A DNA stretch of 64,000 nucleotides from the NCBI RefSeq assembly GCF_902652985.1, contig NC_047032.1:23064001-23128000 (forward strand), given 5' to 3'. This document shows, one piece after another, positions 53,532 through 64,000 of the stretch. The notes beneath the pieces are model-generated. The model saw nothing but the letters and a program-made list of their open reading frames with translations, had not been told where the DNA came from and made no database searches. This DNA comes from Pecten maximus. Taxonomy: Eukaryota. The position numbers were made by a program, and so were the translations under genes. Position 1 is the stretch's first letter. The number at the start of each line of letters is the position of its first letter.

Positions 53532-55032
53532 GAGTGGATGTCAGCAAGCATCGAGCATTAGGTGGAAACTGAAAAAAATAGATTTTAGAAAAAGTGACCT
53601 TAAATGTTAAATTATGTTATAATTGGTGGATTTGAATAACAAAAATGGAATTTCAATCATGTCTGTGGCTCCGTATCCAAGCAATATGACTTCCTTAGTT
53701 ACGGGCTCATATAACACATCGCCTACATCGAATTTTTAGAATTTAGAGTATCTCTGAATCCTAAATAACAGTGAGATTAAAGTATTTACAGCCAAAATTT
53801 AATAATGATGACCCCCCTTAATAATTTGATTTAAAAAAATATAATTGGCAAGATTTACAAACTGTTGCTATGGTAACCTGAATACAGCAAGGAATTCTAA
53901 CTGAAAAAATATCAAAATATGACAAAGTTTGGTTGATCTTAGTTGGAATCTACAACCATATATTGAGTATTTATATGGTTTTCTTTTCGTTAGATGTATA
54001 CAGGGTAAGTTTAAAAAATGAAATTGGCTGGCAACTTAGAGAGGCTTTTGGTATAATGATTCAAATTTTTCCATTTTTTTCATGATTTCTGACATTTTCC
54101 GCACATTTTTTCTCACAAAACAATGTATATATATATATATAAATTGAACTTTTTAACCACATTTTAATTCATCTCCTTAAAAAGAAATAATAAATGGACA
54201 TTTCCAATGATACAATTATTATGAAATTAAAAAAATAATGGTTTATTTGCATTTTGGTTGCCATAGCAACCACTTATTAAATTAGGAAAAAAGCACTTAC
54301 AGTTCTTTTTTGTAATAATTTTGAATCAAAGAAATGAACTCTTCTTTCACTGATTCAATGTTGAACACTTCAACAATTTTTACTTTGACACATTTTGATA
54401 TGGTCACTAAAAATATTGAAGTTGCAGATATTAACAAAACATAGTAATACTTAGCATAGAAGAAAATGAAAGTACACAAAGCTGAAATTAAAAGTGTCAT
54501 TATGGGAGTTGCTGTAGATTTTTTTTTTTTGTTCCTAATGACTGTAACTTAACTGAATTGAGATTTAAGGTTGATTTCTTCTACAGACTTTATAATGTTG
54601 ACAAATTAGGCCTACTGGGGTATTAAAGACACAGGTCACCTTTGTGACAATTGTATAAGAGTTATCCCCCTTTTTGAACAACTTCTCAGTGGATTTCTGG
54701 CCATGCATACTCTGTTTCTCCACCCTTTTCCCAGAAACAGTATAAGTATTGACAAAGTATACCTATATAGTATGGTTTTCAACTTCAAAATATCTTGTCC
54801 TTGCCTTTATGAGGTAATGAGGTATACCACACTTTATTTTTAGGTCACCTGAGACAAAGTCTCTAGTGACCTACATGTATTCTAATCGCCTTTTGCCCGT
54901 CCTTGTCCGTCTTCCATCAGTAAACAAGCTACATTTTCCACTTCTCCAAAACTGACAAACCAAATTCAATGTAATTTGGCAGGAAGCTTTCATGATCAAA
55001 GGTTAACCAAAATTGTGAATTATATATGGTCA

Positions 55033-55072
<40 letters not shown>

Positions 55073-57466
55073 ATCACCACCATCAGGGGCCTGAGAAACA
55101 TAATCGAAAAGAGTCAAATCAACTAAACTTACAAAAAAAAAAAATTCTCAAGACAGAAATAGGGTAGAATCAAAGACTCTTCATAGGTGAAAGTGTCTGA
55201 GGTACTTAACCAAAATTATGAATTTCATGACCCTTGAGTCTCACCTTTACCCCTGAGGAGAGGTAATATTTACTATAGTTTATATAGGAAAATCACATGT
55301 TTTACTATCATTTGTTTGATTTCAATTGAAATTCATTCTAACTTGGTAATGGTTAACATTATCAGCTTTGGATGACAGCTTGATGGTATGTACACGTTTG
55401 GCCTGACTGACCCCCTTGGTTGATGGGTGGAGTCCAAAAGGGTTGAATAAACTAAAATATTGCAAAACTCTGGTGACCATTAAGGACCAAGGACCTTGTA
55501 TATGAAAAAAAAGCAATGTGAATGGATTTCAGGCATGAAAGTTTTTATTGAAATGGCTGCATCCATGGTTGTGAAGTATTGGTTTTTGTTTAGAGATGGA
55601 AAAGACATTCATTATCCTGTAATTAGAGCAAAACCCAATATTACATGAATCATAAAGTGATTTTATCTCAGATATACCTCAAATGTGTCAAAAACTAAAG
55701 TATTGTTTAGTAATCTTTGGTCACTGGACAGAAATTCACATTAATTTGGCATTTAACCTTTAAGTCAAGGTCAACATTATCATTCGGTGATAAACGTACT
55801 AGTATATAGAAGCTTAAAAAATAGCAATCAGTGATTGTTAATTTGAATTCCTGTAGAAGTACTTTTGGTTGAATTTTGAACATTCCAAATTTATAAGTTT
55901 ATATAACAGTATAAAACAGAAAAGCATTCCTGCTGAGTACCCAGACAATAATTCTAGACTCTACCTCCTGAGTCCATATTTATGTATGATAGTATCCATT
56001 TACAGGTGAAATACCTCTGCAAATTGTATGTCTATCATGCTACATGTACACCTCTGGGTGTAAATACATTAAAAAATAAGCAATTAAAATATCTGTACAC
56101 ATCCCTTGCTCTGAGAGTGAATTTGGTTCCTGCAGTCTGTAAAACCCTCTTGGTTGTGAAAATTAATAGTTTGGGTAAATATGTTTATTACTTTGCAGTC
56201 AAATTCAACCATATTCAATATTTGTTCCATGTACCTCTTCTTAGACACCAATGATCAGAAGATGTCAGCCATTTCTGGCACATTTTGTTTATAATAACTC
56301 TTCGATTGCAGATAATCCTACTATTCAAATGAACATACATTGTATGTCAAAACAATTTTAATTCTGTTACTGGGATGAATATGTTAGATTTTGAAATAGC
56401 TATCCGAAAAAATACGCGCAGGTTGTTTTGGCCTTAATTTGTGATTTTTTTTTTTTTTTTTTAGGTTTTTTTATGTGGTTACCATTGTTTTCACAGGTCT
56501 GAAAAACAGAAGAATAAGTTTATTATTTTTTAATAACTGTATTATAATTGAAAATATTGTACAGATTACAATTATGTATACTTTTGTATAGTTAATATTA
56601 CAGGAATAACCGGTTGTTACATATATTTAAAAAACATGTGCCTAAATTTGTTTTAGAATTAGGAACTTTTACTGATTAATGCTGAGTAGCAATTTCCTCA
56701 CAATTTCACTGTATTTCTAGTATGCCATCGAAGGGAAATTCCATACAAACATTATTTTAACCGATTCCCATGTCTAAAAAGAAGTTCATGCCTTTTCAAT
56801 TACCATAATTGTCTAGAATGCTGTGAACTTTGGTATCCATCTTTCCATGTAAACAATGAACTTTTTGTACATTTCACAAAAGAGTTCCAACAGGGGTGAT
56901 AACTCGTCCCTCTCAATAGCTTAGATTTAATGGTAGTAATACTAAATCCTCTTTTTTTACAATCTACAACCTCGATGAAGCTAATGATTATACATGATAT
57001 TTTCTGTACTTAATGTTGCATTATAATCAAAAGAAAAATTGGCTGGCAAATGATTAAGAAAAAAAATAGCAATACTTTTATAACCTGATATCCCTATCTA
57101 AATAGGTAGTATATGGGACAATTTATATTATACGGGCTAAAAGTCTTGATAGATGTTATACTTTTCAGTCTAAAATTATTATATGATATGCACTAAGTAA
57201 CTATAAACTTAAAAAGTAAAAAAATGTAACACCAGAAATTTATAATAAATTAATTTCTTTAAATATTGTAATATCCCACTGAGTCTGATTGGGTGTTTTT
57301 AAAGACTTGTCGGTTTCCATGGCAACGGTGATCACTTTGATACTTGCTACCTATTTCCTTGCATGATATTACATTTTGACCAACTTATGTAAATTTGAAG
57401 CATTTTGGTAATTTTGACACTTTCCATATTTTGCCAAAATTGCTCGATGCTTGCTGACATCCACTC
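53532..57466. mobile_element. TTAA-specific DNA transposon (Sola3-like; Kolobok not excluded), no intact ORF
   Basis: 26-bp perfect TIR gagtggatgtcagcaagcatcgagca / tgctcgatgcttgctgacatccactc; TTAA TSD at 53528-53531 and 57467-57470; GAG...CTC termini; empty site at ~46811-46833 in the paralogous block. Confidence 0.9.
54836..55500. mobile_element. Nested Helentron-associated/MITE-like repeat
   Basis: Starts ttttttaggtcacctgag...gtgacct (short inverted repeat), then a ccgtc microsatellite and caaaattgtgaatt...tgaccc subrepeats; right end not defined. Confidence 0.5.
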
Positions 57467-57896
57467 TTAAGAGAATAAATGTTGTAGTTTGAGATTTAGG
57501 TTATGAATAATTTGTTATTTGCGTATAGAAAAAAGGATGAGGTTGTAATATTTATGTTTGGATGTTCCACACTAATCACATTGATAACTGGATTTTCTCA
57601 ATATAACAAATATTCCCAAATAGTTCGCATACAATTCTAGAAATGTTGAAAATGAGCAGCATTGAAATGGCAATTTTGCAGTCCACTAATTGTAATCGTG
57701 ATAGCCTGTACGCAGATTTTCCTATTTAAACAATCTATAGGAGAAACAGAATCAGTCTTTCTGCTTTCTACTTTCGGTTTCTATTTGACATATAACAGAA
57801 CATCGAAATTCTCGTTCAAATGTTTATAACAGTGGTTTATTAACCATACATTTTATAGTATTTTTATGGCGTCATTGTTTTTTTTCCAGAATATGA

Positions 57897-60800
57897 CTAA
57901 CGCCCTATCTCACAGATATAGTACAGACTATACCCGGTACAGAAGCAGTCGTGCATCAGAAAGTCATCCGATTTTTGAGTACATCCACATTCCTGGCTAC
58001 TTCCACCATTCGGTTCCCCTCTAGCCCACGATCTCACCGAGGTATCAACTTTCTCGTCGTTGCTGACAAAAACCCAAATGTTTGCGTCGTTCCTCTGTCG
58101 ACCGGTATACACAAGATCTGTGCCTCCTAGAGAGTTTGAACATAAGCAAATTATTATCATTGTCAAATCTAAGTCAAGTGCATACAAAACAATTTGAGCG
58201 GAGTTTTCGCAAAGATAAACCAAACTTTTTTTTTTTAATTTGTTTTATTGATTCGATTTAAACATATTTTATTCTAATCTAATAAATAGGACTAGGCACA
58301 AATTATTGCAACTCACGAAACGCCTTCTTCCAAGAAATTTATTCTGATGCCCTTAAGATTCACTTTACCTCATTTTATCAATTGATAAAAGGAGAATACC
58401 AACAAACAAAAGAAACCAGAATTCTAACTCATGACGAAGCTACGCCTCTAAATCACACAGGGAAACAGATTGTCCCAAATAATGATGCCGACCACATAAA
58501 TTGTGTATAGTCTGCATCAACCTGCTTCTATCAAAACCCTGTATTGTAAGTAAAGACTAAAGAGGTCAAACAGTCGTGTCCTAGTGCTTTATTGATATAT
58601 TCACACAGGGCTTTGAAATAATTGATAAAAGAATAAAAAAAATACACATAAAAAGACACTATAGTTGTCCGAGTCGGTAGAAATTAAGAATTACTTTCTT
58701 CTTAAAGTAGGTCGCAAGTCACGGTTAAGGTCAGCAGTTCCGCATTTGTATTACCAATGGAAATTACTTTTCGCAAGGAACACACATGTCAAATATGCGA
58801 ATCCTATCTCATACAGTTAGCATACTTTACCGAAGGTTAAAGTTTGTTTAAACTATGCAAAAGGGCATATTCAAGGTCAACAGGTCTGCAAATGAAGTAC
58901 AAACATAAAAGGTGTATGTCAGACACCTAGGATGTATCCTCATTAGTATTGACATAACACTGTTTTATAAAACCTTTTACATTGCTGTCTATGGACGCCG
59001 ACGATGCCGACGCTTAACGATATAGAAAAGGCTCCCCTGGACTTTGTCATGGCGAGGTAACAGTACAATATTTCTATTTAAACAACAAAAACATAAATTA
59101 CTCACCTACACGGCTCGGCAGATTTTCCATTATGAATTGGGATTCTTCATCCGTTTTGATCTCAACCAGAATTGATCCCTTCGACTTGCACCGGCTCTGA
59201 AACAAGGATGAGCAAATACGTTTGAAATTGACATAAAACCTGTACAACCATGTCTTTTACTAAGGTCGCTTATGATAATTCGTAAGGAATGTATATCATA
59301 TGTATAGACCAGGTAACTTTTGCAGTTTATTGTATTGTGTAATTCGAAGAAAATAATGCTACACATTGTCATTTTTCTCTACTTCATCTTCCATTTTATT
59401 GAATACAAAATTAAACCGGTATTTAGCAACAGTTATAAGACATCTCTACATCCTAAATCTGAAGAAAAACAGGATTATATTGACGGAAATAATGGTTCTT
59501 TGTCAAGTTTATCTCGAGTATCAATAAAATAGTTTTTATGCATCTTTTTATAATTAATATTATTACATTTTCCAGTAATAGTGGTTACATAATCTTAGTT
59601 GCTGATTAATAAGAACGGGACTTCATATTTACTGTTCTCGGAGCGAATTAATGACACTGCATAACATATATATTGTCAGTCTACTTGTTTTGTTATTTTT
59701 AGAATTTAGGATAATATAACCCGTTATGTATTCAGGCGCAGTACCGGGATTTATGAAAACATAAATTAATAATATAAAAGTACAAGGTAAATATCAGTCG
59801 GGACTATTTGAAGTAGCACAAGTGCGTTTAAATACATGTACGTTAGAGCTTAGAATTCCGTTAATCATTTAGAAACTGACATTTTACACGAGATAATACT
59901 GGTAATACTAGTCCTTTTATAATCACACATTTTCTACTAATGGAAATGATAATAACATTTGTTTTCCACCAAAGACAAAGACACTAACAATTTACCATAT
60001 TTCATAATGTAAAACGATTTTTTGCTTGTCATAAATGAAATTGACTTTTTATCCGATCTTGATGAAAATAACAATTCTATTCCTAATGAAATATCATTAA
60101 TTATTCCATGACAAGAAAATATTGTCATACTTTAATTTTGCCTCAAAGCATTATCAAAACATTAATACGACTTACAATAGCTGTAGCCCATTCCGTTATC
60201 TCGAAATAAGTTGAGACATAGTAGCACTTTTCCGGGGATGTGATCCAGCCATCGTCACAGTTTCTTGGTTGAGTGGTAGGTTCGGGGGTGGTCATAGTAG
60301 TAGTACTTGCTTTAAATAGAAATGTCATGTTTCATAGTACACGACAACCCATTAAATCATAACTAGTTAGATATGCTAAAAAACATTAAGTAATACATTA
60401 TCTTATTTCGTGAAGTATTGATAAATAAGTAAAACGAACATTTCTATGTAAATTGATGTTGATATCAGGTGAAAGTATTCGGTGATTGGGCAGTGTTGTA
60501 CCAATCAATATACCACACTCTATCATCATCTAGTACTCATTTATTTACTTCGGGTGCAAAGTCTTGGTATTTAACCTTTTTCTATCTATTTTATCTTTGC
60601 ATTCACAGTTTACAATTTACAAGGGTGCAATGCCTGTATATGGAGAGGGAAGTCTTGGTATTTTAAATTTCTTTTTACCATTGTCATATTTTCTGTTCAT
60701 CGGCTCTTAATAAAGATATTATAATGGAACTAGCATTTACCGATCTTAGGTAGGTGATTAGACGTAGCTGTTAAAAGAATGAATTTATTACCGGAATGTT

Positions 60801-61980
60801 CTCCTAAACAAGACAAAAGTTTACCTTAAAAATGACACCACGGATGTTATTTTGAAACACCTGTATTATTTTGCTGAAATAAATGGGTACCTGTAAACTG
60901 CGAAACGAAAGCAAACGAAACGAAAAATGAAAACAAAAATAGACTGTACATAGGCCTTAGTGTCCCATTCTCATCGGTGTAAAAACAAGACAGAGGAAAG
61001 AATGAATTTATCACAATATCCACTCAGTATGAAATAACTCTATTTAGATAATATGCTTAGTCCATGATTTATAGGCATGTAAATTGCGTAGTGTATTGGT
61101 GCACGCTCGATCTAAAATAACGTGACAGAGGTGATTGTTAGCAACTTCGTTTATGGTGGGAAAACTAGGTGTATATCTGAAAAGTGAGAGTTTCGAGAAA
61201 ATTGCTGTACTTGAAAGGCACGATTCGTATAAAAAAAAAACGCCGGCTTAACGCGCTTTTCCCGTATTGCTGGTTTTGGGAGTGTAGACAGGATGGAAGC
61301 ATCAGATGACAATTCCATTTTAGTAACTTTGATGAAATGTGAATAATTCATTGCTCAATGATTAAATAGCAACTTGGTTTTCCATAGTTTTGCGTTTTGC
61401 ATATCCTGTTTTTATGGAATCCGTGATATAATTTGTTGACCGACCTACGCACATGTGTTTTGAGTTTTTATCTTCTGAAAAATATTGATCAAATTCGAAA
61501 TATCAAGGGAACATGTACTTTTCTAATTATTCGTCAATATCCATTACATCGTTCATATGCAATACTATCTTCCCCTCAATATAATGAAAACATGACCTTA
61601 CCGTCGATGTCCCCTCCGTCTAGTGTCAAACGTAAATCTTCCTGCTCATTTTCCAAAATGCGAAGATCATTTTCAAAGCCAGACAGGATTTTTGAGATAC
61701 CTTTAAGTTCATTGGATATTGATCGTTTGAACTCTAGAACCGCTTCTTTGTAACATTCACACTGATTGTCGACATCTGTCATTCCTTCGATAGCATCGAC
61801 TCTCTTTTGTAACTGACATACTGTCTCGTTTAGATTGAAATAAGTTCCGTTCAAAAGACTAACGCCTTCACTTGTTAAACTTTCGCCCTCGTATTTCTGC
61901 GATAAAACCTTGTTGTCTGAAAATACTTCTACATACTTTGATATAGAAACCAAAAAACCGAAATATATGCACGTCTTCAT
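57897..61980 (-). CDS. Secreted C-type lectin 'gene A': signal peptide, coiled coil, Thr/Pro linker and one EPN-type CTLD (277 aa)
   Basis: Exons 61980-61602, 60309-60176, 59196-59106, 58126-57897; GT-AG introns, phases 1,0,1; 834 nt open; WARGEPNGG, ECGC, MHDCFC, YICE. Confidence 0.87.
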
Positions 61981-63216
61981 CTTTCTGAAAGCCTTGTTGA
62001 TATGTGCGCGTGAAATGAAGTAAAATCTCATTCCCATGTGGTTACAATCGAAATTCCCTGGTCATGTAATATCTCAGAAACCAAAAACATCGATATTATA
62101 TTTCTGCGAGATAAATAACTATACCAAAACTTAACAGTTTTACTATTTCATAAAGTATGCAAACGGCATGTGTTTATTTTGACCTTGGAGATAGCTTGAC
62201 ATCTAATATGTATACAGCGGGAAAAAAATTGCATATTTAAATATTTCAAAACCATTACTTTTCTTTTTGTAATTATCCAAGTTGACCTTCACAGAGCGGA
62301 AATTATCTATGGCCGGATTAAAAAAAAAACAATTAAAACTGATAAGAAAATTGATTAACTAATAGACAAATAAAAAATGTGAAAATAAAAATTTTAGAAG
62401 AATTCAAAATACCAGCAAAAAACATCTCCAAACTCCAAGCTGGGCCTGCTGCATAAAAATGGAAAATAAAATATAACAGTATCAGAATGTATATTTTACT
62501 TCAATATTTTCTAAAAAAAAAAAAAAAAACAACAACAACAACATTTGTTTATATCTGTTATTGCTTAAAACATATGTATATCTGTTAGTTTAAAACGCAT
62601 ATATATAACTTATAGCATAAAGCATGTAAATAACTGCAATGGCTAATCCAAAAACAGTAAATGACCTAAACTTAATGCATTCATGTGTTTGATAAAAAAA
62701 AAGTTGCAATGTGTTATGAGGCGTGTTTAAGTTTCAATTGTACAGACTGCGAAAAAAGTATCATGCTGTATGGTTTGATGATCTTATAAAATAGTTTTTT
62801 GCAAACTGTGTCCCTCTGTTGGCTGAGTTAGTTTTGTTCTCATACGAAGCTGGTTATGCTTATTAGAACAGGTAAACGAGACCAGGCAACGTCCTTCAAT
62901 TTCACGTATAGGTATATTGACAAACCTTAATGTACCATATCGATCAGATATACCCTGTATAACTTGAAATCAAGGACACTACAGACTCGTCAACATCAGC
63001 CGTTTACCTCTCTCTCACAACGCAACCAACATGGAAAGCTTACATGGAATAGTTTTCCATTTCAAGGTAGCAAACAGTGTTTACATGTCACAGTTGCCTC
63101 AGTATTCAAGGGTTTATTAACACGTTCAAGATTTGAGCAGCAGAGGTCGACTTTTGAGAAATTTACAACAAAATGTTTCGAAAGATCCGTATTAAGTATG
63201 ACTATAAATGTGATTG

Positions 63217-63993
63217 GCTCTCCTTTGGACAAGTTCTATCTGACTGTCCTTTGGACATGTTCTATCTGACTCTCCTTTTGACATGTTCTATCTGACTCTC
63301 CTTTGGACATGTTCTATCTGACTCTCCTTTGGACATGTTCTATCTGACTCTCCTTTGGACATGTTCTATCTGACTCTCCTTTGGACATGTTATATCTGAC
63401 TCTCCTTTGGACATGTTCTATCTGACTCTCCTTTGGACATGTTATATCTGACTCTCCTTTGGACATGTTATATCTGACTCTCCTTTGGACATGTTCTATC
63501 TTACTCTCCTTTGGACATGTTCTATCTGACTCTCCTTTTGACATGTTATATCTGACTCTCCTTTGGACATGTTCTATCTGACTCTCCTTTGGACATGTTC
63601 TATCTGTCCCTCCTTTGGACATGTTCTATCTGACTCTCCTTTGGACATGTTCTATCTGACTCTCCTTTGGACATGTTCTATCTGACTCTCCTTTGGACAT
63701 GTTATATCTGACTCTCCTTTGGACATGTTCTATCTTACTCTCCTTTGGACATGTTCTATCTGACTCTCCTTTTGACATGTTCTATCTGACTCGCCTTTGG
63801 ACATGTTCTATCTGACTCTCCTTTGGACATGTTCTATCTGACTCTCCTTTGGACATGTTCTATCTGACTCTCCTTTTGACATGTTCTATCTGACTCGCCT
63901 TTGGACATGTTCTATCTGACTCTCCTTTGGACATGTTATATCTGACTCTCCTTTGGACATGTTCTATCTGACTATCCTTTGGACATGGTCTAT
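63217..63993. repeat. 26-bp minisatellite (~30 copies)
   Basis: tttggacatgttctatctgactctcc; explains the 26-aa periodic ORF 63314..63622. Confidence 0.97.
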
Positions 63994-64000
63994 CAAACCA

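Larger units (their letters stand above)
46270..62810. repeat. Tandem segmental duplication carrying lectin genes B and A
   Basis: 46270-49470 aligns with 52980-53530 plus 57470-60590; 51710-52790 aligns with 61530-62810, including introns and upstream sequence. Confidence 0.9.

Noticed and set aside
54929-55167. Poly-Gly / poly-Pro ORFs
   Set aside because: Produced by a poly-C homopolymer inside a nested repeat.
61981-62037. Longer N-terminus for lectin A (MGMRFYFISRAHINKAFRK)
   Set aside because: Paralogs B and C share only the downstream aagATGAAGACG start, which gives a proper signal peptide.

Overview
AT-rich eukaryotic genomic DNA with spliceosomal introns. A bivalve mollusc is inferred from the V-domain tRNA-SINE family, the satellite/MITE landscape and the lectin family. 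Most ORF-track entries are artefacts of repeats or introns. Genes read directly from the sequence: (1) first coding exon of a RIMS/RIM gene on the minus strand (17697-17845), whose intron fills 1-17696 and is packed with minisatellites and nested insertions; (2) a 3-exon, 272-aa AAC4-like gene on the plus strand (31185-32974) with an overlapping upstream ORF; (3) a minus-strand tandem cluster (36802-61980) of secreted coiled-coil + C-type-lectin (CTLD) genes made of 3 leader exons and 5 three-exon CTLD modules. The strongest new observation is that all 5 modules end in the same C|GTTAGT, which is both Arg-stop (CGT TAG) and a phase-1 splice donor. Every module starts at a phase-1 acceptor, so the locus could yield 1-CTLD, 2-CTLD or module-swapped lectins. 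Also present: a mariner fossil with two oppositely oriented telomeric-repeat patches, an IS3EU-like foldback element, a TTAA (Sola3-like) element with its empty site in a paralogous block, a 5-bp-TSD MITE, a LINE tail and five SINE copies or fragments.
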